Under the pieces are notes generated by a model. It was given only the letters and a program-made list of their open reading frames with translations, searched no databases and was not told the DNA's origin. A stretch of DNA of 63,871 nt, counting the filler, from Octopus bimaculoides (Eukaryota): the NCBI RefSeq assembly GCF_001194135.2. It is 6 parts of 5 records of this genome, joined end to end, with 100 filler letters (N's around TTAATTAATTAA, not from the genome) between each part and the next. Parts side by side here need not be neighbours in the genome. Positions count along the whole stretch, not along the records: positions 12,518 to 21,885 come from NC_068986.1; positions 21,986 to 37,856 come from NC_068983.1; 4 more parts are not named here. The stretch is one strand, 5' to 3'. Below are positions 15,365-29,200 of this stretch, piece after piece; position 1 is the first letter of the stretch; every line of letters starts with the position of its first letter. A program made the translations under genes and the position numbers.

Positions 15365-15680
15365 CTTTTATCTGTTACTTATTTCAGTCATGGTGGCCAT
15401 ACTGGGGCACTTCTTTGAAGGGTTTAGTTGAATGAATCAACACCAGTACTTATTCTATCAGTCTCTTTTTGCCAAATTTCTAAGATACAGGGATGTAAAC
15501 AAACCAACACCAAGTGTCAAGCAGTGTTGGGGATAAATATAAACACAATGACATACTAAATCCATTCACAAGGCTTAGGTTTGTCTTGGGCTATAGTAGA
15601 AAGACACTTGCTCAAGGTGCCGTATAGTGGGACTGAACCTGGAATCATGTTGGGAAGCAACCTTCTAACCACACAACCAC
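15365..15680 (-). mobile_element. SINE family A copy
   Basis: Reverse complement of body and head. Confidence 0.65.
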
Positions 15681-15879
15681 ATAGAATTAAGAATTTAACA
15701 TTTTTCTGTAAAAATAGTTCTTCATGTTTGGAATATTAAATGATAGCAAGATTGTGATGATTTAGTTAACATTTCTTCTCATGTGAGACAATCCAGTGCT
15801 GTTTCCTTTGTTTTTGTGCTGGCTTAAGCCTTTAGCATTCAGATTACTCTGTTAAATGTAATGTTTGTGCTGATCTCTA

Positions 15880-16370
15880 ATGTGCCATGAGGAGCCAATC
15901 TCTAATTGTAAAAGGAACATGGAAGCGGTAGATCCAGGAAAACGTGGGATGAAGTGGTAAGAAAGGATCTACAGATATTGGGACTCACTGAGAGGATGAC
16001 ATGAGACTGAGGCTCCTGGCAGTTTACTGTGCTTGAGGAAACACACCAAGCCAAGTAAAAGTGTGGTTGTCCTTGTATACAGGCTTGTCCCTTCTCTAGT
16101 TGAACATTCCTAATTTTGTGGGCTTATGGGTGCTGGTACCATGTAAAAAGCACCCATACTGGTGCCACATAAACACACCTGTGCTGGTGATGTGTATAAG
16201 CATCTGGTATACTCTGTAAAGTGGTTGGTGTTAGAAAGGGCATCCAGCTATAGAAACTATGCCGAAACAGACATGGAACCTGGGCAGCTCCTCAGCTGGC
16301 CAGCTCCAGTCAAACTGTCCAACCCATGCCAGCATGGAAAACAGACATTAAATGATGATGATGATTTCAA
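15880..16370 (+). mobile_element. RTE LINE 3' end
   Basis: Encodes GRSRKTWDEVVRKDLQILGLTERMT, followed by the family D tail and (GAT)n. Confidence 0.7.
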
Positions 16371-17201
16371 TTAATCATGAATTATCTTGTTGCTTTGAGA
16401 TTTCAGTGACGTGATTGTTTATTGTTTTGAATGAAATTGTATGGTAAGATGTTAGAGGGTGGATGGCGGGGCCAGTTTAAACATAAAAGAAGCTGAATAG
16501 TTTGGCTGGATATGGTCAATTTAAATGCTAAAGAGTTAATGGATAACAATTTGGTGTCATCATCATCCTCATCATCATTACCACTTAATGTCCACCTTCC
16601 ATGCTGGCATGGGTTTAAGTGAAAAACCCTTACTTCATATTCCATCACTGATATTACTGTACCCTAGTTAAGGTACTATATATCTCCTGCATCCATTTAA
16701 TTGGCAGTAGCATTGGTTAAAAGCAAAATGAAAACATCTTAGAGTGAAACCTCAAACTGGAAGCTGACAACTTAATTGTTGACTGTATTTTAGATTGAAC
16801 CATTTCATTTACACAAAAACAAAATAGAATGTAAGTGATAAAAAGTTTGCTGATTATAGTGTTTTCATTATTTATTTTGCTAACTTTAAATAATTTGGAT
16901 CAGTTGAAGCAAACAAATTCATTTAATAAACTCAAGAAACTAGCAGACTTCTATTTATAAAGTAAAATCCAAAATGAATGTAGCTAGACTGAAGGAGGCT
17001 AATCACTGTGTTTCAATTAACAAACAAATAAAGTTAGAAATATTCTAATTAAAAAAGAATGAAAATAAAAGAAAATGGCTCCAGTCTGTGTGTTAGGATA
17101 AATACACAGATGTTGGATTTGATTCTTGTGATTGTAGTTGGATAAAAGACAGTTCCATGTTATTGCTCTCCTGATTGGCTATAGAAAACGAGAAGCAAGC
17201 A

Positions 17202-17250
<49 letters not shown>

Positions 17251-17251
17251 C

Positions 17252-17283
<32 letters not shown>

Positions 17284-17553
17284 CATAATAATAATAATAA
17301 CAATAACAATAACAGTAATAATCATCATTGTCATCATCATTCTTTAACATCTGCTTTGATACACACACACATACATACACACACACATATGTGTGTATGT
17401 GTATGTATATATATGTGTGTGTGTATGTGTATGTATATATATATGTGCATGTGTGTGTATATGTATATATACACACACACATCCATACATGTATACATAC
17501 ACACAAACACACACACACACAACAAACACACACACACTCACACAAACACACAT

Positions 17554-17595
<42 letters not shown>

Positions 17596-19240
17596 TCACA
17601 TACACACATGCACATACTGCCAGAATGAACTTCACTCAAAGATTGTATTAATTAAGCAAACCTCTTTGCTTACTTGCAGGCAGGCAAGCAGGAAGCTATA
17701 AAATATCTATCAAAATAATTAAACAGTAAACAGTCATTAGAAATACTGAAACATCATTTAAAACTGATTTATCCTTGCATAGCATTTCAGTATACACATT
17801 GGTTCTTATGCTGGAAGGGTTAATTTATCATATCATGAGAGATTATTGATTATGAAACTATGACTAGTGATTATATTCCTGGAATGAAGGTGATATGATT
17901 GAAATGTTTGTGATTGTGGCTGTCAGAGACAAATTGAATTCTTGCATGTTCTTTAAATGATTTTAAATACTCGAGAACTTAAATGATAAATGTAATGTTT
18001 GTAATATTGCATAATGAAGTTAATGTATCACTAATGTAAGATGCTGTGGCATAGCTGTGTGGTAAGAAGCTTGCTTCCCTATCACACATGGTTTCAGGTT
18101 CAATCCCACTGATAGAATAAGTACCAGGCTTACAAAAGAAATATTTTTAAAAATTAAAAACAGTACTGGGGTCTATGTGTTCTACTAAACCTCTTCAAGG
18201 AAGTGCCTCAGTATGGCTGTGGCTAAATGGCTGAAACAAATAAATGATAAAGCTAAATTAAAATATACAAATGGCATCCAATCGTAAAATCCCTGCCAAA
18301 TCAGACTGGGGTGTGGTGCAGCTCCCCTGCTTGCCTGCTCTGGTCACATCATCAAATCCATGCCAGCATGAGCAACAGACATTAAATGATGATGGTGATG
18401 ATGACGATGATAACAATGAAATGGTTTTCAACATTGTAGAGTTAAGTTGCTTGAGTGAAATTTAACAGCTTAAACCACACTGCATCATTGTACATTATTT
18501 TGCTTCCATTCAGAAAATGGTATCAATACTATTTAATAGCTGTGTGACTGGTATTGAGAAATAAAATCCATTTTTAGAATTCATGTTTCACCAACTCATA
18601 TTCATGCAAAAATGCTAATTTGTAAAACCTATAAAATCTATGGAGAATTTCCATGAAAATGTGTGGAAACAAAATGTAATTTGTGTAAAAATGTTTTATT
18701 TGTATATTTATTATAGAGGAACACCAATGATTAAAATATCTGCTTCACTCTTGATTCTTGTTCTCCAGACGAATTTTGAATATATTTCTGAGAGATGACC
18801 TTTTTTCTTTTCCTATAATGCAAATGTCAACAGCTACAGCCATATCTATTCTTGTAAAATGTGAGAAACTCTCAGAGAAATCAGGATAAATATTTCTGAA
18901 ACTATCAAAAGTGAAAAATGTTTTGCTTTCCATCCCTTCAGGGTTGATAAAAAATGGTACCAGTTGAGCACTGGGGTCAATATAATTGACTAACCCCTCT
19001 CTCACAAAATTTCTCGCCTTGTGCCTATAATAGAAAAAATTGTTATTATTAGGGAAGTAGATTCGCAGAATTGTCAGAATCTTAGAAAATGTACCTCATG
19101 TATTTTGTTCTGGTTCTTTACATTCTGAGTTCAAATCTTGTGGCTGGTATAGAAAATAAGGTACCAAGTCATCGACGGGTTGATGTAATCAAGTAACTCC
19201 TTCCTCTCAGAATCGCTGGCCTTGTGTCTAAATTGGAAAT

Positions 19241-19277
<37 letters not shown>

Positions 19278-19278
<1 letters not shown>

Positions 19279-19690
19279 AGGCAGTGAGCTGGCAGAATCG
19301 TTAGCATGCCCGGCGAAATGCTTAGTGGTATTTCGTCTGTCTTTACGTTCTGAGTTCAAATTCTGCTGAGATCAACTTTGCCTCTCATCCTTTCAGGGTC
19401 GATAAATTAAGTACTAGTTGTGTACTGGGGTCGATCTAATCGACTGCCCACCCCCCACTCCCTGTAAAAAATTTCGGGCCTTGTGCCTAGAGTAGAAAGA
19501 ATGGTTAGCATGCCAAGCAAAATACTTAGCAGCATTTTGTCCATCTTTATGTTTTGAGTTCAAATCCTGTCAAGGTTGACTTTACATTTCATCCATTCGG
19601 GGTTGATAAAATAAGTAAAAGTTGAGTACTGGGATTGATGCAATTGGCTTATCTCCTCCTCTGAAATTACTGACTTCGTGCCAAAATTTG
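19278..19690 (+). mobile_element. Two tandem SINE family C copies
   Basis: ggcagtgagctggcagaatcgttagc...ttctgagttcaaatt...cctttcagggtcgataaattaagtac. The central motif resembles my recollection of the MetaSINE domain (unverified). Confidence 0.7.
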
Positions 19691-20555
19691 AAATCACCAA
19701 GAGAAGGATAAAGTTTGATTCAGAATAAAGTCAGAATTACAAACCTGTCTGCTGGATTGGAGCTTTAGGTTTCTCATCAAACATCCTTTTGGTTTCTTCC
19801 ATGTTAGAAATACCCTCTATAAAGGGTAGATTGGGGTTATTAAAATGAACAAGAATTGTTTGAGAAATAAGGAAAACTCCGAAGGCAATTTCATTTCTGG
19901 TTTATTTATTTTCACTTACAGGACACGTGGCCACTTCTATAAAGAAAGGGGTTTAATTGACACAACCAGTCTTATAAGGAAGGAAAAGGGGTTAACTCAT
20001 AAATTTCTTGCTGCAGCTATCACCCTCTGTTGCCAAATCCTAATAATTTCAAGACCAGTCCTAGTATTGTTGCTGTTTTGGGAGTAAAAACTGGAGCTAT
20101 GCATTCTTTTGTGTAAGAACCAAGTTTAATCACATTTTAGAAAAAAAAAAAAAAAAACTTTCCGTGAAAAGATTTTCACCACTGATGTTTATTTCATGTT
20201 TTTATCAAGTATAGTTCTCTGGATTTTTTCCTTCCTTCAATTTTTAAGCTTTATAAATGATTTATTTATTAATAATTTAATTAGGAATTAGTGCTCAGTA
20301 ATCACTGTTTTGTAACTATATGTAACAACAATTTATTTGTAATCAACTTGACTGTATTCATCCTACCTTGGCTGGTGAAGGTGGCATAACAACAACTACA
20401 AATCCACAAAAAGTGATAGAAAAAAACCACATTCACAATGTACATCAATAATTATTATACTGTATCTGCAAATTCTATCCTAATTTATGCTATGTAGTTA
20501 TAACTTTATAAGTTTTATAATGAGCTAACTGCAATTTCATCAAGATAAACCTGTC

Positions 20556-20609
<54 letters not shown>

Positions 20610-21054
20610 GCACTTTTAAATATGTCATTCATTTCCAATATTCTGAAAAATCTTATTTGGCCTTAGAGAAATATTACCTTATCTAGAAACAGATAACGAT
20701 TAGTTACAGGGAGGGCATCTGACCATAGAAAATGTGCATCAATAAACTCTGTCTGGCCCATGCAAGCAAAGAAAAGTGGATGTTAAATGGCAGTGATGAT
20801 GATGAAGATAACTTAGAAAGAAAAATGCTTAATGGAACTCAAAATCACTTAATGAAGGAGAAACAATTTAAATGACACTAGAACTCTTTCATGAGGAAAA
20901 GGACTTTAATTGACATCGAATCAGTTTTATAAGGAAAATAGGTTTAACTGTTTAGCATTCAGATTACTCTGCTAAATGTAATGCTTATTTATTCACATTG
21001 TTTTGAATTAATCATGCATTACCTCATAGCTTTGTGTGGAGGCACATGGCCTAG

Positions 21055-21215
21055 TGTTTCAGTCATTTGACTGCGGCCATGCTGGAGTACTGCCTTTAGT
21101 CAAGAAAATCGACCCCAGGACTTATCTCTTTTTGACAAACTGCTAAGTTACGGGGACGTAAACACACCAGCATCGGTTGTCAAGCAATGTTGGGGGGACA
21201 AACACAGACACGCAA

Positions 21216-21260
<45 letters not shown>

Positions 21261-21400
21261 CGACGGGCTTCTTTCAGTTTCTGTCTACCAAATCCACTCA
21301 CGAGGCTATAGTAGAAGACACTTGCCCAAGGTGCCATACAGTGGGACTGAACCCAGAACCATGTGGTTGGTAAGCAAGCTACTTACCACACAGCCACTCC
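21055..21400 (-). mobile_element. Near full-length SINE family A copy, CpGs retained
   Basis: Runs from tail (tcagtcatttgactgcggccatgctgg) to head (cttaccacacagccactcct). Confidence 0.8.
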
Positions 21401-22245
21401 TATAATTATTATTATTAAATCTCACTGATGTTAACTTTTCCATTCACCCTTTCAGGGCCAGTAAGTAGCAACTGAATAATGACTTGATATGATCAGCTTC
21501 ACCCAATGCCTAAACTAAGTTCTAGTGCCTATGTCAGAAAATCAGTTCTCTGCTGCAATGAATCTCTCAGTCAGGCAGGCAATAACCAATATATTGTCCA
21601 CACTTATAAATAACCATTGAGAGTTTTACAATGTCCACACTTATAAATAACTGTTGAAAGTTTTGCTTCTACTTTACCCATGTAGAACAAAAGAAAGAAA
21701 AAAAAATGAGAGAAATAAAGGAAGAAAATAAACTGTCGGCTCATGAGTTGTGAATTCATATCTTAGTGCAAGCATTCCATTGTGCTTCTGTTAACCTAGC
21801 TGGGGAATAGGTATCAGTTTTGCTAAGACAGAATAGTAATATTTATTCTAAAGTGGATTTATCACAGCGCTATGCATATATATATNNNNNNNNNNNNNNN
21901 NNNNNNNNNNNNNNNNNNNNNNNNNNNNNTTAATTAATTAANNNNNNNNNNNNNNNNNNNNNNNNNNNNNNNNNNNNNNNNNNNNTTATTATTATTATTA
22001 TTATTATTATCATCATCATCATCATTATTATTGTTATCATTATTATAATTATTATTATTATTATTATCATTATTGTCATTGTTATCATTATTATAATTAT
22101 TATTATTATTATTATTATTATTATTGTTATTATTATTATTATTATTGTTATTATTATTATTATTATTATTATTGTTATTATTATTATTATTATTATTATT
22201 AATATCATCATCATCATCATCATTATTATTGTTATCATTATTATA

Positions 22246-22299
<54 letters not shown>

Positions 22300-23789
22300 G
22301 TTATTATTATCATCATCATCATCATTATTATTATTATTATTATTATTATAGAGTGAGCGGACGTGTATACTTTTGCATCTGCAACGGGTTTCTTGGTTAC
22401 TGTGTTTCCGAGCTATGTTTTTTGTTTTTTTTTTCAGAAAATTCATTATATCTTTGGACCTCTTTGTATCGTTAAACGTATTTTACACAACGTCCTTAAT
22501 TATTGAATAAATTTATTTTAATGTAAAACGAGATATTTTTCGAATGTTTGGTATGTGTTTAAAAAATTGATAAAAGCACAGAATTTATGTGTTACACACC
22601 TGTCTAGAAGTTACTTCTATATTATATGGAACAAACAAATACGATAGCCGCATTGAAGTATGTAGGATAATAGTGGTATAACATGACCAAGTAATCAGCG
22701 TGAATGTGTCTTACGGTGATATAGATAATACNNNNNNNNNNNNNNNNNNNNNNNNNNNNNNNNNNNNNNNNNNNNNNNNNNNNNNNNNNNNNNNNNNNNN
22801 NNNNNNNNNNNNNNNNNNNNNNNNNNNNNNNNNNNNNNNNNNNNNNNNNNNNNNNNNNNNNNNNNNNNNNNNNNNNNNNNNNNNNNNNNNNNNNNNNNNN
22901 NNNNNNNNNNNNNNNNNNNNNNNNNNNNNNNNNNNNNNNNNNNNNNNNNNNNNNNNNNNNNNNNNNNNNNNNNNNNNNNNNNNNNNNNNNNNNNNNNNNN
23001 NNNNNNNNNNNNNNNNNNNNNNNNNNNNNNNNNNNNNNNNNNNNNNNNNNNNNNNNNNNNNNNNNNNNNNNNNNNNNNNNNNNNNNNNNNNNNNNNNNNN
23101 NNNNNNNNNNNNNNNNNNNNNNNNNNNNNNNNNNNNNNNNNNNNNNNNNNNNNNNNNNNNNNNNNNNNNNNNNNNNNNNNNNNNNNNNNNNNNNNNNNNN
23201 NNNNNNNNNNNNNNNNNNNNNNNNNNNNNNNNNNNNNNNNNNNNNNNNNNNNNNNNNNNNNNNNNNNNNNNNNNNNNNNNNNNNNNNNNNNNNNNNNNNN
23301 NNNNNNNNNNNNNNNNNNNNNNNNNNNNNNNNNNNNNNNNNNNNNNNNNNNNNNNNNNNNNNNNNNNNNNNNNNNNNNNNNNNNNNNNNNNNNNNNNNNN
23401 NNNNNNNNNNNNNNNNNNNNNNNNNNNNNNNNNNNNNNNNNNNNNNNNNNNNNNNNNNNNNNNNNNNNNNNNNNNNNNNNNNNNNNNNNNNNNNNNNNNN
23501 NNNNNNNNNNNNNNNNNNNNNNNNNNNNNNNNNNNNNNNNNNNNNNNNNNNNNNNNNNNNNNNNNNNNNNNNNNNNNNNNNNNNNNNNNNNNNNNNNNNN
23601 NNNNNNNNNNNNNNNNNNNNNNNNNNNNNNNNNNNNNNNNNNNNNNNNNNNNNNNNNNNNNNNNNNNNNNNNNNNNNNNNNNNNNNNNNNNNNNNNNNNN
23701 NNNNNNNNNNNNNNNNNNNATATATAATGTTATGAACAACGCACAGATTACTTTGGACACGATATGATATATATCCACCTTTGCTACTA

Positions 23790-24091
23790 CAATCATCTCC
23801 GGAAAATACCCACAAGGATTGTTTACATGGATGTTTACTGCTGGAATGAAGCTCCACTACAAGTACTGTTTCTTCTTTGTTCTTTTTTCTGCGGATCGTT
23901 CTCACTTCTTACTACAAATCTCGTCTTATAGATGCAATAATCCATTCCTCTACTATTACCATCTCCGATGAAGGGATACTTTGGATTTTCCCTGAAACAG
24001 CTGTAAGACTTTATCCATAAAATACATTTCTAACTTTGGCATTGGTCTCTTTATTCTTTTCTCTCTTTATACATACATACACACACACACG

Positions 24092-24122
<31 letters not shown>

Positions 24123-24123
24123 G

Positions 24124-24165
<42 letters not shown>

Positions 24166-25330
24166 AACTAATGGACACCGAACACACACAAACAAACGCA
24201 CACACACACAGAAACACATACGCGCGCACACACACGCACACATATACACACGTGCACGTTTTCACAGAAGGAATGAGTCTATAACGGTACAAGGTTACCA
24301 CTGCAAAGAGAAAGTTACAACAGCATCAACAAGCGCAGAAGCAACAGCAGTAGCACACCAAATTGACCGATAACGGCAACGAAAGCAATAATATCGGCAG
24401 AACAATAGTAAGGCCTCTTTCGCTAAAGTAGTCTCTACGATGTCCTGACAAGTATTAAAGGAAAGCGAAACATTATTTAGTGTGAAAGTAATAAGGTGTG
24501 AGACTGCTTCGGGATCACACTGGAAGTAATTTTCCATGAAAAAGGATCGCCCATATAAACCTGAGAAAGAAGCCCAGATTAGATCGCCCTGCCCAAAAGT
24601 GTGAAACTACAAGTAATTGTGGAGGAAATACTAACGGGTTCCCACGTCTGTGGGACAATTAATCATCTTGAATCATTCATCCTTCACACCGAAGACAGGA
24701 ATAAGTAAAGGTAGGCAACTCTGTTATCGCGATCATCGCTGGAATGTCAGTAGTGTGCGGCAAAGATGAATACCATAATTGTTGCTACTCATCTTTCCGG
24801 ATAACAATTTGTCGTAGCACCGGAAACATCCAGATTGGAAGCAAGCGAAATCTGTAACATTAGTAAAGTAAAAAGTCAAGACGAACGAGAAATCAAAGGT
24901 TTTTTTCTCCTCAAAAGAACTGGACAGTGGCTTCGAGTAGCAGCACTATATATACTGATATGTGTCCATGGAGGGAACATGTCAATTAAAGAAAAGTGGG
25001 GATCTAATAAGAAACTCTAGGGAGGAAAAACAGCGAGGCTAAATTAAAAGGCAAACTACATGGTGGTTGTACCTTATGAAGAGGTCCCAATGCAACATAG
25101 GAACGGTTGGTTCTCATAAATGTCCGAGATAGCGTGTGAAGGACCGAATAAACTGAATGAGAAAGAGACAAATAATATAGTTTAGGAATTATGTACGTAG
25201 ATAATATAGCACACAAAAATAAACGTCCTCTGTAAAAATATGGTATCCAGTTTGTATCAAGCTGACAGACCACTCCCCTAATGACAAAACATTTCTTTGT
25301 TCTTACAAATCCAGAGACGGTCAAGGTGAC
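23790..25330 (-). mobile_element. Degraded Penelope-like RT region
   Basis: Frameshifted motifs in the expected order: PLHKVQPP (PKIHK..RP), FTLLMLQISL (DVxSL), DVGTR (MGT), FLRFI (RYIDD), LITFTLNNVSLSF (FT...SLPFLD). Confidence 0.45.
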
Positions 25331-26494
25331 ATAAAGGACATTTTGGTTACGGAAAGCGACCAGTGTAATTGTTTATCTGAAGCATGGGTCTCGGTACCAA
25401 ATAGATAGCGTATTCTTACAATTATGGATATGGAGCCTTGTGTGTAAAATCTTCAAAATGTCTTAATATCACGAAGATATTATTACATTCATGTCCCAGG
25501 TTTTGTTTATAATATTTTATGTGCATGTATATGTTGGTGTATATGTGCTCACACACATTCATATCAATACACACATATGCAATATATGTGTGTGTGTGTA
25601 CACTTAGATATGTATTATTATCATCCGTGTGTCGATGATGGTTATTATTAGGTTAGTCGATGACTGATGAAAGTCTTGAGGTCTTTGGTTACATCTCTTT
25701 ATGTTCAGAGACCAATCTGACTGTGCCGAATTAGCCTCCATCTTTTTTCAGATTGTAGCATAGATATAGATAGCAACCGATTTATTAGAGTCAAATTAAT
25801 CGATTTTATCTCTCCTACTTAATATGAGACCGCTTGCCTATATTTTGAGTTGTTGTAGTTACTGTTACCTTTCATTTACTTAAGGTAGTAGAGTGTCAGA
25901 AACATTAACGCCATTTGGTTCGATTATTTTATTTTCTGGCTTCGAAAGATGCCATCATTGAATTTTTCTTTCCATCTGTACAGAGTCGATAACACACGTA
26001 CTAATCATGTAATTTGATTGTTGACGCTCATTACATTCAATATGTTAACACTATCTTAACTAATCATGTAATGAGTCGATCCAGACATCTATATGATTCT
26101 CCTGCAAAAATAGGCTCCATGCCAAGCTAAGAAATCAATATATTTGTCTCTTACATCGTTCATCATATGAACACCTTTATTCACTAACCTATATTTTTGA
26201 GACAGTCTCTTACAAGCTGCTCGCCCTGCTAGAAATAGCAAACAAGTGCACCTTAAATAATGCCCTCACGAGATTTTAAATAAATCTGAAGTACAACGTT
26301 AGTGTTCTCCATGGTACAGAATAGATGAAATATTTAAGAGTGGACATGAAAGAAATGCTTTAAATACTTTTGATCAATTTACATATGCTCGTCCAGTGTT
26401 GACCGGGCGTGGGTTAGCAACAACATAACAGTTGTCAATCAAAGCATCGTTAGTACTTTTCACATTAGCTTTAGTATTCATTAATATTTTAGCT

Positions 26495-26872
26495 GGAGTC
26501 ACAATGACCCAGTGGTTAGGGCATCGGACTCGCGGTCATAGGATCACAGTTTCGATTCCCATACCGGGCGTTGTGAGTGTTTATTGAGCAAAAACACCTA
26601 AAGCTCCACGAGGCTCCGGCAGGGGGTGGTGGTGAACCCTGCTGTACTCTTTCACCGCAACTTCCTCTCACTCTTACTTCCTGTTTCTGTCGTACCTCTA
26701 TTTCAAAGGGCCAGCCTTGTTACACTGTTTCTCGCTGAATATCCCCGAGAACTACGTTAAGGGTACACGTGGAGTGCTCAGCCACTTGCACGTTAATTTC
26801 ACGAGCAGGCTGTTCCGTTGATCGAATCAACTGGAACCCTCGACGTCGTAAGCGACGGAGTGCCAACAACAA
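26495..26872 (+). mobile_element. Full-length tRNA-derived SINE (family B)
   Basis: tRNA-like head ccagtggttagggcatcggactc...gtttcgattccc. Highly similar to 55650-56037. Confidence 0.85.
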
Positions 26873-28689
26873 ATATTTAAGACATTTAGTGGTTTTAGGC
26901 TTTATAGTTTCATTCCAGCAGTGCCTTAATATCACAGCAATGACATCACAGCAATGACATCACAGGTATGACATTACATTATATCACAGTGATGACATTG
27001 GATCATTGACATAACATCTAATGATAATAATAAACAAAAACAAAATTTGGAGAGTGGGGACAGGGTATAATCTCACCCCAGGAATTACAGGAATTTTGTC
27101 GTAACACTGATATCATAGACATGACATTTCATGCATGAAATACACGACAATTGCATATCGTTCATATGGGTTACAAAACCGGTAACTGGAGGGAAGGGCA
27201 TAAGTTGAGAATACCAACATCAGTACTAGGACTAGCAGTGTTTTTTATCAACCAAAATGATGAGAAGCAAAGTTCATCTTTGTGGTAATCGAGCTCTGAA
27301 CGTAAAGAAATGTAATCGAACTCAGAACGGAAAAAATGTTGCCAAACATTTGGCTAACGACGTGTTAATGACTCTTCCAGCTCGCAACCTCATCGTCTAT
27401 ATAAATTGAAAGAGTATTTGTGAGACATGTTATAAACACTGGTTTGTAGATGTAGATGTAGAAAGACAAACATGCACAAATTTTGTCTTTATTTTGGTGG
27501 GTCTCTAAAATACATATCTACTGGATTTCACTTCTTTATATAATGCTTGGAACCATATTTACTCTCGGCCTTAAAAAGATAATCTAGCATATTTATTACT
27601 CTTAACAGAGTCAAGAAAGACTTATTTTGCAACTGCTACTTTAAGGTACTGTGTGCTGTGCCACGTTTCTACGCACATCTCGTTTTGTAGATGGCATATA
27701 ACAAGTACTTGAACCAGAGGCAAATCTGAGTCAATTAGTGAGACACCACACTAGAAATAGTCAATTTCTCTCATTGAAAACCCTACCTAAACGCAACACT
27801 AGAGTTTGATAAATGAAGGCACAGACATTAAATAATGAAGCCCTAGCTATAATGTGTCTGAAACAAGAAAAGAAAGACTGGATGGACACAGGTACAATGC
27901 TTTGATCATAGTTGGTCAGAGTTGATTTAGGGCTAAACATGTACATCAAATAACGTTACGTATTGCATACATAAAACATAAGCATAAGACATAATCATAA
28001 GAGAAAAGAGACAACTGAGGAAATGTCTATTTTGAGGACACTATTGATGTTACTAATAAAGAGAAAGATGCCATCTCATGATTCTAGTTGCGAGGTAAAG
28101 CTTCAAATTAAATATTACAGCTCACAGCATATGTAATTTATAGAAAGATATACTGCAATGATAATCATTATTCTTAGGAAGAAAACTAAACTTTTATTTC
28201 TTTTTATCTTTGAATAAAGATAAACGGAGAATAAATCAATATATTTTCTGTGTTAGACAAATTGATTCACTACCTTACCTTACCTGGATACTTTGTATCC
28301 ACAGTATAGTTGTGCTGTTGTTTACCTCCAAACTAACTCTCATTTAGCAGATCAAAGATCTATCAATTTCCTGCCATAACTATCTTAACTTTTAGTGCAT
28401 GATGTGATCTTTAGGAAATTTAGCTGTTAATTTCAGCATGTAGAGTGAACATGTAAAGGGTTCCTCATTGAATTCTATCCATTGTATATATTCACGTCGA
28501 AGATCATCTATAACAAAGGTTCAAGAAAACTGTTAGCACCAAGCCTAGGAAGTATTATAATATATTGCGAGCCTTATCACAATCTCAGGCTTCAAAGCAG
28601 TAGCTTCGTCTGCTAGAATTAGCTGGCAAACCTTTCCTCAAATTGTACGATACCGTGTTTTGACAATATAGTCTTAGATAATCTATAAT

Positions 28690-28892
28690 AAGTACTTGGC
28701 TTTCGGTAAAAGAAGATACAAGAGGACCAGTTAATTATGATTTTATTCAACGTATTCCCCTCTCAGATTCACACAATTATTGCAGCGCTCCTTCAGGGTT
28801 TCTAAGCTCTGTAAAAGAACCCGGAAGGTTGACCTCCCAGATGGCCTTTCGTGACACCTTTAAAGTCAGGAACGTTTTAGCACCCCCGCGTT
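28690..28892. mobile_element. Mariner-derived MITE remnant
   Basis: Ends agtacttggcttt... and ...aaagtcaggaacgttttagcacccccgcgtta resemble degraded mariner inverted termini. Confidence 0.45.
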
Positions 28893-29039
28893 AATACGGG
28901 ATGGTTCTTGTTGAAATACCATTGGTTATAGTTTTATATATTTAGAGGAAACTCGAGAGATTAATAATCCCTTCTACTCTAGGCAAAAGCCTGAAATTTT
29001 CTGGGAGGGATCTAGATGATTATATCGACACCAATGTTC

Positions 29040-29200
29040 AACTGGTACGTATTTTGTCGACTCCGAAGACAAAATCGATCTCGGCGAAATTTGAACTAAC
29101 AGATGTAAAGCCAGAATGAATTCCACTTAGCATTTTGTCCCCCCTGCTAACGGTTCTGTCAGTTTGCCACCTTTGGGGAGTTAAATAAGGACAATAAAAA
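29040..29200 (-). mobile_element. SINE family C copy
   Basis: Reverse complement ctggtacgtattttgtcgactccgaag...gaatttgaact...ctgtcagtttgccacct. Confidence 0.6.

Noticed and set aside
19905-20115. Acceptor-like ttttcacttacag and a downstream gtaag suggesting an exon
   Set aside because: All frames stop before the donor, and part of the sequence recurs near 20890 as a repeat.
26495-26575. tRNA-like sequences (also 38850-38923, 8068-8140, 55670-55725)
   Set aside because: These are SINE heads continuing into SINE bodies, not tRNA genes.
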